Of a stretch of 64,000 nt of DNA, positions 9,632-18,043 are shown one piece after another. The stretch is from positions 356,824 to 420,823 of the forward strand of contig CAZTBI010000001.1 of NCBI GenBank assembly GCA_964612055.1. Reading direction: 5' to 3'. The translations under genes were made by a program, and so were the position numbers. The notes under the pieces were generated by a model. The model was not told the DNA's origin. It searched no databases and was given only the letters and a program-made list of their open reading frames with translations. Positions within the stretch are counted from its first letter, which is position 1. Each line of letters begins with the position of its first letter. The stretch is from an uncultured Bdellovibrionales bacterium (GTDB lineage Bacteria; Patescibacteriota; Minisyncoccia; Moranbacterales; UBA1568).

Positions 9632-10426
9632 TTACTTCTTAAGAGAAACGATTTTCTTGTACTCGGCATTGAATTCTTGAATCGCCTCATTGATCATCGG
9701 GTGTGATTGCTCTCCGAGTTTTTTCTCTCGAGCAAAGGCTGAAGCTTCAAAGAGCGACTCATGCGTCCCCATATCAAACCAAGCACCCTTGATCACCCGA
9801 ACGTCCAGCTCCTGCTTCTCCAGATAGGATCTCTGCACATCGGTGATTTCGATTTCGCCACGATTCGACGGAGCAAGCGCCTTGGCTATTTCCACCGCTC
9901 GGCTGTCAAAGATGTACACGCCCGGGATAGCATAGTTACTTTTTGGCTGCTCTGGCTTTTCTTCGATAGAAAGTACCTTGTTATCCTCACCGAATTCCAC
10001 TACTCCGAAACGTTTTGGATCAGTCACTTCCTTGGCAAAGATCCGACCACCCTGTTTAAATGTCTGGATCGCTTCAGTAAAATCATCTTCGAAGATATTA
10101 TCCCCCAGTATCAGTGTCGATGACTCGCCATCCAAAAAATCCTCAGCCAAGAGATAGGCTTCCGCCAACCCGCGCGGTGACTTCTGCACCACGAACGAGA
10201 GATTGACACCGAACTTACGAAACATTGATCCCAAAAGATTGAGGAAGTTTCCTGAGTGCTCCGGCGCCACGATGATCAAAATATCCTTGATACCCGCCTT
10301 GATCAAAGTGTCGAGCGGATAAAAAATCATCGGTCGATCATAGACCGGTAAAAGCTGCTTCGAGGTAATGGCCGTGAGCGGCAGAAGCCGCGTCCCTGTA
10401 CCACCAGCGAGAATGATTCCTTTCAT
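9632..10426 (-). CDS. rfbA: Glucose-1-phosphate thymidylyltransferase (RmlA/RfbA)
   Basis: 264 aa. MKGIILAGGTGTRLLPLT...SKQLLPVYDRPMIFYPL closely matches RmlA. Confidence 0.85.
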   Translation of the reverse strand: MKGIILAGGTGTRLLPLTAITSKQLLPVYDRPMIFYPLDTLIKAGIKDILIIVAPEHSGNFLNLLGSMFRKFGVNLSFVVQKSPRGLAEAYLLAEDFLDGESSTLILGDNIFEDDFTEAIQTFKQGGRIFAKEVTDPKRFGVVEFGEDNKVLSIEEKPEQPKSNYAIPGVYIFDSRAVEIAKALAPSNRGEIEITDVQRSYLEKQELDVRVIKGAWFDMGTHESLFEASAFAREKKLGEQSHPMINEAIQEFNAEYKKIVSLKK

Positions 10427-10435
10427 ACGATAAGG

Positions 10436-11692
10436 TTACTTATATACTGGAAACTGCTTACAGAGCTTTGTAACAGACTTCCGAATGTCCTGCAAGACCC
10501 TCTTGTTCCCGCCAGAACGGAGTGCCTCATCGATGCAGCCTGCTACGATCTTCACTGCTTTCTCCTTCATACCACGTGTGGTCAATGCCGGCACACCGAT
10601 GCGCACCCCACTTGGATCCATCGGACCACGTGGATCATCTGGGATGACATTTTTGTTGACCGTGATCCCAACCTCATCGAGCATCTTCTCAGCAACTTTC
10701 CCAGCGATGCCATACGTTTTGACCACATCCATCACTATCATGTGATTTTCTGTGCCACCAAAGAGGAGGGAGGCGCCACGCTTGGTCATTTCTTTCTCAA
10801 GCGTCTTGGCATTCTTCAGAATTTGCTTGGCGTACTTTTTGAAATCTGGTTTGAGCGCCTCACCGAAAGCGACCGCTTTGGCGGCGATAACATGCATATG
10901 CGGGCCACCCTGAGTCCCAGGAAAGACTGCTTTATCGATCGCCTGCGCAAAATCTTTCTTACACAGAATCATGCCACCACGTGGACCACGTAGCGTCTTG
11001 TGCGTGGTAGCAGTCACAATGTCGAAGTACGGCACCGGACTCGGGAGCGCCTTGCCCGCCACCATGCCAGCGATGTGCGCCATGTCCATCATGGTGATGG
11101 CCTTCACTTTCTTTCCGATCGCCACAAACTTCGCATAATCAATCTGTCTCGTGTACGAAGAAAAACCAGCCAGAAGCAACTTCGGCTTCACCTTTTTCGC
11201 GAGGGCTTCCAGTTTTTTGTAATCAATCGTGCCTTCAGGTTCCGTCTTGTAACGGACAAAGTTATAGACCTTGGCTGGCAGGGTAACCGGATGACCATGG
11301 GTGAGGTGTCCGCCATGCGACAGATCCATCCCCAGTACGGTATCACCGGGATTCAAAAGTGCGGCATAGACTGCTAGATTCGCCTGAGCACCAGAGTGCG
11401 GCTGAACATTGGCATGTTCCGCACCAAAAAGTTTCTTCACTCGATCGAGAGCGAGCGTCTCCACCGCATCGGTAAATTCCTGACCGCCGTAGTAACGGCG
11501 ACCTGGATATCCCTCGGAATACTTGTTGGTCATCACTGTCCCAAGCGCCTCGAGAACCGCTTTCGATACATAATTTTCCGAGGCAATCATTTCCAGACCC
11601 TCTTCCTGACGTTTTTCTTCACCAACGATCGTGGCTTGTACTTCTTTGTCAGCCTTCTTCAAGATATCGTGTTTCAACATAGACGTTTTCAA
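10436..11692 (-). CDS. glyA: Serine hydroxymethyltransferase
   Basis: 418 aa with SHMT motifs (IASENYVS, TNKYSEGYPGRRYYGG, the THKTLRGPRGG PLP-lysine region). Confidence 0.95.
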   Translation of the reverse strand: MKTSMLKHDILKKADKEVQATIVGEEKRQEEGLEMIASENYVSKAVLEALGTVMTNKYSEGYPGRRYYGGQEFTDAVETLALDRVKKLFGAEHANVQPHSGAQANLAVYAALLNPGDTVLGMDLSHGGHLTHGHPVTLPAKVYNFVRYKTEPEGTIDYKKLEALAKKVKPKLLLAGFSSYTRQIDYAKFVAIGKKVKAITMMDMAHIAGMVAGKALPSPVPYFDIVTATTHKTLRGPRGGMILCKKDFAQAIDKAVFPGTQGGPHMHVIAAKAVAFGEALKPDFKKYAKQILKNAKTLEKEMTKRGASLLFGGTENHMIVMDVVKTYGIAGKVAEKMLDEVGITVNKNVIPDDPRGPMDPSGVRIGVPALTTRGMKEKAVKIVAGCIDEALRSGGNKRVLQDIRKSVTKLCKQFPVYK

Positions 11693-11729
11693 ATCAAATA
11701 AAATTTTGAACTGGTTCCAAAATTCTAAA

Positions 11730-12665
11730 TCATAATACCTCGTTTAAAAATTCTTGGAGGGCTTCGGTATACGATCGGAGTTTTGGTCGCTTGGTGTTCA
11801 AAAGTACTGAACAACTGGGGCGACGGGCGGGACGCGGAAAGGTATCACTGGTCACTGGTATCACCTTCATACTCTTACCAGCCAACCGATACAGTTCTTC
11901 TGCTGCCTCATACCAAGTAGCCGAACCTTCATTCACGAGATGGTACGTACCAGAGGCACTCTCGGACTCGAGAAGCTCCCTAGTAGCCTGTGCCAGATCA
12001 GGGGCATAGGTGAAGCAGCTCTTCTCATCATCCACTGCCTGCACCTCTGTTTTCGAGGCACCCTGCTCAAGCATAGCGGCGAAGAAACTGCGTTTCGCCT
12101 CAGGACTCTTTCCCGGCTTCCCAAAAAGCTTGGAGAGGCGGATCAGGTAGTAGTGCTTGGCCTTTTGGCGCACGGAAAGTTCGCCTGCGTACTTACTCTC
12201 CCCATAACGGGACAGCGGATTGGGCACTACCTCTTCATTATACCCTACTTGGCCGGAGCTACCAGCGCCGCAGCATCCGCCCCCACAGCAGCCCGTCCGG
12301 GCCTTATTTTCTTCTAAAGCGCCGTCAAAAACGTAATCCGTAGAATAATGAACCAAAAAAAATCCAAGTTTCTCACTTATTTCAGCCAAAAACTTGGGGA
12401 CATCACGATTGAGAAGGAGCGCCTTCCGATATTCCTCGTCACTCTCTTCACACTTATCGACAGCATTATAGGCGGCGGCATTGATCACGATATCTGGGCG
12501 CAGCTCTGCGAGTTGTTTTTCAAAACTGGTGAAATCAGTGATGTCAGCATCCTCCTTGTCCCACGCTGTCACTTCATAGGCGTCATCACGCGAAAACGCC
12601 TGGACTAATTCTTGTCCAAGCATTCCAAGACTCCCGAGTATAAGCACTTTTTTCTTTTCCATCAT
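11730..12665 (-). CDS. rfbD: dTDP-4-dehydrorhamnose reductase (RmlD/RfbD) with an unusual Cys/Gly-rich insertion
   Basis: 311 aa. Rossmann N-terminus KVLILGSLGMLGQEL and the catalytic YSTDYVFDG motif. The inserted segment TGCCGGGCCGAGSSGQ is encoded at ~12235-12300. Confidence 0.85.
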   Translation of the reverse strand: MMEKKKVLILGSLGMLGQELVQAFSRDDAYEVTAWDKEDADITDFTSFEKQLAELRPDIVINAAAYNAVDKCEESDEEYRKALLLNRDVPKFLAEISEKLGFFLVHYSTDYVFDGALEENKARTGCCGGGCCGAGSSGQVGYNEEVVPNPLSRYGESKYAGELSVRQKAKHYYLIRLSKLFGKPGKSPEAKRSFFAAMLEQGASKTEVQAVDDEKSCFTYAPDLAQATRELLESESASGTYHLVNEGSATWYEAAEELYRLAGKSMKVIPVTSDTFPRPARRPSCSVLLNTKRPKLRSYTEALQEFLNEVL

Positions 12666-13153
12666 TGTCCTATCTTAGCAAAAAAACTCCCTCCTTGCAG
12701 CCCATGAGCATGAGATCCGAAGGGGATGCTGTACGCCCTTCCCCAGAGATCAATTTCTACTTTCTCGCCAGTCTCTAAGGAAATCACGAGATACTGATGG
12801 GGCGAGAAAAGCCAGATCTGCGTCCAGCGCGCTTCAATATCTTCAGAAGTGAATTTTCCACTCGCCACAAGAACCGTTCGGAGTAGGTAATTCATGTGAT
12901 TACAATGAAGAAAGCCCTCTTTTTGCCACAGCGTTTCAACATCAGTGATAAAAAACCGATCCAGTCGCAGAAACGTCAACATACGATATCCACGATACTT
13001 TTCTGAAAGAGCATCGTACGCATACTGAAGCGCTTCTCTTTGATTGGGTCTTTTTGTAACCTCTTGTACCAAAACCTTCATCTCTTCAGGAAAATTTCCA
13101 AATGCTAAGATTGGTAGCCTCTTCAACCAAGGGTCAATGAAAGAAAACTTCAT
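12662..13153 (-). CDS. Hypothetical protein, possible transglutaminase-like cysteine peptidase fold (C...H...D)
   Basis: 163 aa. HCNHMNYLLRTVL, then H..YLV...G..VEIDLWG, resembles the TGase-core Cys/His/Asp arrangement. Tentative. Confidence 0.4.
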   Translation of the reverse strand: MKFSFIDPWLKRLPILAFGNFPEEMKVLVQEVTKRPNQREALQYAYDALSEKYRGYRMLTFLRLDRFFITDVETLWQKEGFLHCNHMNYLLRTVLVASGKFTSEDIEARWTQIWLFSPHQYLVISLETGEKVEIDLWGRAYSIPFGSHAHGLQGGSFFAKIGQ

Positions 13154-13482
13154 AGCTGCTTGTTATACTTCTCACGGATTTTCTGCACTTTATGATCGAG
13201 CGCCTCCATGATATCAACATTCATTGCTTTAGCAAGAAGAAATGTCACAATCAGCACATCGGCAAATTCACTTTTCAAAGCATCTGCTTCTTGTACTGCC
13301 GCTTTATCCTTGCGCTGACCCCCAATCGAAGCCAAGACCTGATCACAAAGCTCACCGTACTCCTCACCAAGTTTAATTGTCCGACCAAAAACATGCTCCC
13401 GCTCACTAAAATCCCCAGCCCGGCGCTCCCGAAAAAACGCATCCTGCTCATCAATAAATTTCTCTAATTCCTCAATAGTCAT
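13150..13482 (-). CDS. MazG-like nucleotide pyrophosphohydrolase
   Basis: EEYGELCDQV and FADVLIVTFLLAKAMNVD match the MazG EEXGE and acidic motifs. Start reassigned to the internal ATG (MTIEELEKF) directly after the rfbB stop. The longer ORF would overlap rfbB by 88 nt. Confidence 0.7.
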   Translation of the reverse strand: MTIEELEKFIDEQDAFFRERRAGDFSEREHVFGRTIKLGEEYGELCDQVLASIGGQRKDKAAVQEADALKSEFADVLIVTFLLAKAMNVDIMEALDHKVQKIREKYNKQL

Positions 13483-13484
13483 AC

Positions 13485-14489
13485 TTAGCGTTTTTCGTAC
13501 TGTTCGGAATAATACTTCTGGTACTCCCCTGATTTCACATTCTTCCACCAACTCTCGTTTTGCTTGAACCATTCGACGGTTTTAGCGAGACCCTCTTCGA
13601 GTGTCACTGATGGTTCCCAACCAAGTTCGTTCTTGATCTTGTCGAAGTTGATAGCATAGCGACGGTCATGACCAGGACGGTCCTTCACATACTCGATCAT
13701 ACTGTCATCCTTACCAAGAAGTTCAAGTAATTTCTTCACAATCCACATATTTTCTTTCTCCCCATTGCCACCGATACAGTACGTCTCGCCCAGTTTGCCC
13801 TGATGAATGATGAGATCAATAGCGCGACAGTGATCCTCGACGTAGAGCCAATCACGCACCTGCAGCCCATCGCCATACACCGGCACAGACTTGCCTTCGA
13901 GGATATTCGTAATAGCGAGCGGAATGAGTTTTTCAGGGAAATGGTAGGGTCCGTAGTTATTGGAACAGTTGGAAATCGTCACCGGGAGACCATAGGTATG
14001 AAAATACGCCCGTACCAGATGATCAGAGGCGGCCTTGCTGGCACTATAGGGACTGCGCGGATCATATGCCGTCTCTTCGTCAAAAGGTTTGGCATCAGGT
14101 GTCAGCGCACCAAACACTTCGTCAGTCGAAACATGATGAAAACGCTTACCGTACTTGCGCGCGGCTTCGAGTAGTACATACGTCCCATGAACATTGGTTT
14201 CAACGAAAACTCCTGGATCTACAATAGAGCGATCGACATGCGATTCTGCGGCAAAGTGCACTACGATATCGCATTCAGATACCAAACCGTCTACCAACGC
14301 CACGTCTGTGATACCCCCCTTCACAAACCGATGACGTGCGTTTCCTTCGGCCGCTTTCAAATTCTCCAAATTCCCCGCGTACGTCAGATCATCGAGCGTC
14401 ACCACGTCATAATCCGGATGAGCTTTCAAGATGTAGTGCACGAAATTGGATCCAATAAATCCGGCGCCGCCTGTTACGAGAAGTTTCAT
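13485..14489 (-). CDS. rfbB: dTDP-glucose 4,6-dehydratase (RmlB/RfbB)
   Basis: 334 aa. MKLLVTGGAGFIGSNFV Rossmann motif and the short-chain dehydrogenase YSASKAASD catalytic motif. Confidence 0.9.
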   Translation of the reverse strand: MKLLVTGGAGFIGSNFVHYILKAHPDYDVVTLDDLTYAGNLENLKAAEGNARHRFVKGGITDVALVDGLVSECDIVVHFAAESHVDRSIVDPGVFVETNVHGTYVLLEAARKYGKRFHHVSTDEVFGALTPDAKPFDEETAYDPRSPYSASKAASDHLVRAYFHTYGLPVTISNCSNNYGPYHFPEKLIPLAITNILEGKSVPVYGDGLQVRDWLYVEDHCRAIDLIIHQGKLGETYCIGGNGEKENMWIVKKLLELLGKDDSMIEYVKDRPGHDRRYAINFDKIKNELGWEPSVTLEEGLAKTVEWFKQNESWWKNVKSGEYQKYYSEQYEKR

Positions 14490-14492
14490 AAT

Positions 14493-15056
14493 TTATGCGT
14501 TAAAGAAAAATTCTTTGGCAATATCTTGGAGCAGTGGGTGCTTCTGATCTTTTTCTGAAATAATCGGCGCAATATCTCCCCAATTAATACCAAGTGCCGA
14601 ATCACTCCACAACACTCCTCGATCATGTTCCTTGGAATAAAAATTCGTGCACTTGTAAGTAAAAAAAGTGTCGTCCTCAAGTACCAGAAACCCATGTGCA
14701 AAGCCCTGTGGAATGAAGAGTTGCTTATGATTCTCTCCGGAAAGCTCCACCATGACATATTTCCCAAAGGTTGGCGAACCCTGGCGGATATCCACAGCGA
14801 CATCAAGCACGCGACCGCGAAGTACTGAAACCAATTTTCCTTGTGCCATAGGCGGCGCCTGGTAGTGCAATCCTCGAAGCGTCCCTTTTTTGGAAACTGA
14901 GAAATTATCCTGCACGAAATGCTCATCAGCTGGTAGCCCCAACGCTTCCTGATAACGCTTTTCCTGAAAAAGCTCCATAAACGACCCGCGCTCATCAGCG
15001 AAGACATCCGGCGTAATAATCAGCACTCCATCTAAAGCGGTTTTTCCTACGTTCAT
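14493..15056 (-). CDS. rfbC: dTDP-4-dehydrorhamnose 3,5-epimerase (RmlC/RfbC)
   Basis: 187 aa. RmlC motifs RGLHYQ and QLFIPQGFAHGF. The stop/start overlaps rfbB by 4 nt. Confidence 0.9.
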   Translation of the reverse strand: MNVGKTALDGVLIITPDVFADERGSFMELFQEKRYQEALGLPADEHFVQDNFSVSKKGTLRGLHYQAPPMAQGKLVSVLRGRVLDVAVDIRQGSPTFGKYVMVELSGENHKQLFIPQGFAHGFLVLEDDTFFTYKCTNFYSKEHDRGVLWSDSALGINWGDIAPIISEKDQKHPLLQDIAKEFFFNA

Positions 15057-15125
15057 AAAAAATATTCAAAAAAATCTTTCAGGTTTCAGGTGGATTTCTT
15101 TTCGCTTTTTCACTTGTCTGAAGAA

Positions 15126-15196
15126 GTCTCTTGGTTCGAAAAAAGAGCTATGTCCCGCCGTTGATTGGGGGCGACTTTTTTCGGTAACCAAGAGAA
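15126..15196 (-). promoter_or_regulatory. Long inverted repeat (~19-bp arms incl. A6/T6, 28-nt spacer) in the leader upstream of rfbC
   Basis: Arms GTCTCTTGGTTCGAAAAAAG and CTTTTTTCGGTAACCAAGAGAAC. Candidate attenuator or leader structure, or a MITE-like insertion. Confidence 0.4.
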
Positions 15197-15288
15197 CTAA
15201 TGAGTCTGAAAACAGCGAAAAAAATCGTTCCTGAAAACTTGAAATGATGAAGGTCTCTTCCTTATTCTAAAATATCCCTCTAATAATA

Positions 15289-15320
15289 GCAAAAACCGCC
15301 CCGGATGAGGCGGTCTTTTA
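15289..15320 (-). terminator. Intrinsic terminator downstream of the KH-domain gene
   Basis: GACCGCC-loop-GGCGGTT followed by TTTTTGC on the minus strand. Confidence 0.7.
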
Positions 15321-15325
15321 AGAGA

Positions 15326-15706
15326 CTAGAGACGGATATCGTTCATGACATCATCGAGAGTCTTTTTCTCTTCCGGAGCTTTCGGCTCCTCAGAAGCTAC
15401 TGGAGTAGAAGCGTAGGATTCACGCGGCTCACGAGGCGGACGGAGCGATCCTTCTGGTTCATTGATCTTCAGGTTTACACGGGCGTTGTTCCGGGCACCA
15501 ATCACGCGGAGCAAAGTACGAAGCGCCTTGGCGGTCATACCTTCACGGCCGATGACCATACCCATGTCCTGCGGATTCACATCAAGTGTGATGAGCACTC
15601 CCATTTCATCAATCTTTCGTTCTACCTTTACATCGTCTGGATTATCAACGAGCATTTTTACCACGTACTCGATAAAATCACGATCCTTCATTGCGTTGTC
15701 AGTCAT
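15326..15706 (-). CDS. KH-domain RNA-binding protein (KhpA/YlqC-like) with C-terminal Pro/Glu-rich tail
   Basis: VIGREGMTAKALRTLLRVIGAR KH GXXG-type core. Followed by an intrinsic terminator at ~15289-15320. Confidence 0.75.
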   Translation of the reverse strand: MTDNAMKDRDFIEYVVKMLVDNPDDVKVERKIDEMGVLITLDVNPQDMGMVIGREGMTAKALRTLLRVIGARNNARVNLKINEPEGSLRPPREPRESYASTPVASEEPKAPEEKKTLDDVMNDIRL

Positions 15707-15754
15707 AAGACTAGAGACTCACGGATTACAATTGTTTATTCCCCTATGGCTATA

Positions 15755-16696
15755 CTACTCTTTTTCCTCAGTCGATGCAATACTCTCTGCCAATATTTCT
15801 CGGCGCGACTTCTGGAAGAAATAACCGATGATCAAGAAGGTCAATGCTGGAGCCAACCACTCGGGAACATGCACACTGAACCCCTCGGCAATCATTACCG
15901 TACCCAAACAAAAAACGGAATACATGGCGCCGTTCTTCAAATAGATGTATTTTTTGACCCGATCAATATTAGCCGCTGTCAGCTGACGGACGATGATAGC
16001 TCCAATACCGCTCCCGAGAAGAATGAGCGGTACGGACAAGGTAAAGGCAAAGGCTCCGAGTACGCCGTCGATAGAAAATGTCGTATCGATAACCTCAAGA
16101 TACATGATCTTGCTCCAATCAGACATATTCCCTCCTATCAACTTCCGTTCAGTCTCTTCGGCATGCTGACGGAAACCATGTGTGATGAAGAAAGCTGTCG
16201 ATCCCACCACCGCTCCAAAGGCGAGCATAGGGCTTGCTTGCAAAGCGTACCAAACGATTGTCATCAAAAGTACGGAAACAATGGCGTAAAACCAAGCTCC
16301 CTGCTCCATGAAAAAACACTCCGCCCGTAGACCATAGTGTTTCGCCTCAAGAAAAAGCCAGTGCAGAAAAAGAAAAAGCAGAAATACGCCCCCACCCATC
16401 AAGAGAATCGGGGCAGAATCCCGAAGCGCCCCCGCTACCGCTGGGTCATTCGAAAAGGTGGCCGTAAAGGATCCAAGAAACCCGAGACTCGGAATGGTCG
16501 CGAAAACGATGAGCCATGGCAAGATGCCTCGTACCACAAAGACAGCAAAAAATATTCCCCACGTCATGAAGAAACGGCGCGCCTTTTTCCCCATGGCAGA
16601 GAGCACTTCGGCATTGATCACGGCGTTGTCAATGCTGGACACTGTTTCAAACAGGACCAAGCCAAGAATAATCACCAGCATCGAAAAAAAATCCAT
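15755..16696 (-). CDS. Integral membrane protein, TerC/DUF475-like
   Basis: 313 aa, multi-TM, with the ETVSSIDNAVINAEVL motif typical of the TerC/DUF475 clan. Confidence 0.55.
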   Translation of the reverse strand: MDFFSMLVIILGLVLFETVSSIDNAVINAEVLSAMGKKARRFFMTWGIFFAVFVVRGILPWLIVFATIPSLGFLGSFTATFSNDPAVAGALRDSAPILLMGGGVFLLFLFLHWLFLEAKHYGLRAECFFMEQGAWFYAIVSVLLMTIVWYALQASPMLAFGAVVGSTAFFITHGFRQHAEETERKLIGGNMSDWSKIMYLEVIDTTFSIDGVLGAFAFTLSVPLILLGSGIGAIIVRQLTAANIDRVKKYIYLKNGAMYSVFCLGTVMIAEGFSVHVPEWLAPALTFLIIGYFFQKSRREILAESIASTEEKE

Positions 16697-16708
16697 AAAA
16701 CTTCACTA

Positions 16709-18028
16709 TTATTTTATTCCCTCCGTCCACTCAGCTGGCGGAGTAAAACGCTTCTTGCGCCAATCTGCCGACTGTCGACAGAGAAACGAACCAGCTGTCC
16801 GCGGATCAACCAAAAGCTGCTCTGTTACCAGCTCCATGCGCACTCCTTGCGATCCTTTGATGAGAATCAAGTCATCAGAACGCACGATACTCATAAGCGC
16901 CTCTACCGCAGACATTGGATCAGGCAACCACAAAACCTGCTTCCTGGAAAACCCTTCCTGGAGCAAACGCTCATGCAAAGCACGCATATGTTCCCCGACT
17001 GTCACCACAACATGAACCCCGGATTCACGAAGCGCGGAAGCAAGTCCAGCATGCTCTTCATTGGTATCTGGCCCAAGCTCCAGCATATCACCTAAAACAG
17101 CAATCTTTCTCGGTGCCATGAGCTCTCCCATGACTTCCAGTGCCGCCCGTGTTGAAGCCGGAGAAGAATTATACGTATCGTCCAAAAGAAAAGTATTGTC
17201 TCGTCCCGGCAAAAGACGTAAGCGTCCCGGAAGAGGTTCGAAATTTTCGAGAGCATTGATCACATCCACAGCGTTCAGTTTGAGCGCCACAGCAAGAGAC
17301 AGTGCTGCCAGTGCCGCTGGCACATGATGCTTGGCCACGATCTTCGGCAAACGAAGCGGTACTGTTTTTCCATCAAAGTTCACCTTGAAAGAGAGTCCTT
17401 CAGCGCGCCTGGCTTCACGATGAGAAACAAAATTATCCGCATGAACATCGGCCTCTTCACTGAAACCGTAAGTCACCACCTTCGCCCTCGTTCGTTCACG
17501 CATCTTCAGCGTCCGCTGATCATCAGCATTAAGAATCGCAATCCCGTCTTCAGGCAACGCTGCTATGAGCTTGCCTTTTTCCCTGGCGATATTGGCAAGT
17601 GACCCAAAGTAGGCCATGTGACTCGAAGAAACCTGTGTCACGATACCAATTTTCACCGGCACAAACCGAAGGAAGGCTTCCATGTCTCCCGGACGATCGA
17701 TACCCATTTCTAGTACCAGTACCTCAGGATACCGGACCGGGAATACCACGATGACAAACCATTTACAGAATACTCGTAACCAACCAAAAATTGAGCTTCC
17801 TCCCCCTTTTGTCCCGATGACGGTCAAGGGGAGGCCGATTTCATCATTGTAGCTCCCCTCGGTCTTTCGAACATCATACGCAACACCGAGAGCGAGTGCC
17901 ACTGCCTCTTTCGTTGAGCTCTTTCCCACGGAACCAGTGATACCAACGATAAGCGGATGATACTTACGAAGTACCATTTTTGTCATGAAACGGAGGATTT
18001 TTTCGAGGAGTTTTCTTTTACTCGTCAT
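16709..18028 (-). CDS. murF: UDP-N-acetylmuramoyl-tripeptide--D-alanyl-D-alanine ligase
   Basis: 439 aa. Mur ligase P-loop GITGSVGKSSTKE. Lies in the dcw gene order next to ftsI. Confidence 0.9.
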   Translation of the reverse strand: MTSKRKLLEKILRFMTKMVLRKYHPLIVGITGSVGKSSTKEAVALALGVAYDVRKTEGSYNDEIGLPLTVIGTKGGGSSIFGWLRVFCKWFVIVVFPVRYPEVLVLEMGIDRPGDMEAFLRFVPVKIGIVTQVSSSHMAYFGSLANIAREKGKLIAALPEDGIAILNADDQRTLKMRERTRAKVVTYGFSEEADVHADNFVSHREARRAEGLSFKVNFDGKTVPLRLPKIVAKHHVPAALAALSLAVALKLNAVDVINALENFEPLPGRLRLLPGRDNTFLLDDTYNSSPASTRAALEVMGELMAPRKIAVLGDMLELGPDTNEEHAGLASALRESGVHVVVTVGEHMRALHERLLQEGFSRKQVLWLPDPMSAVEALMSIVRSDDLILIKGSQGVRMELVTEQLLVDPRTAGSFLCRQSADWRKKRFTPPAEWTEGIK

Positions 18029-18043
18029 AAAGATTCGGGAGTA

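Noticed and set aside
15305-16330. 341-aa plus-strand ORF
   Set aside because: Antisense to the KH and TerC-like genes. No start signals. Low-complexity translation.
16337-17095. 252-aa and 185-aa plus-strand ORFs
   Set aside because: Antisense shadows of murF, Arg/Lys/His-rich.
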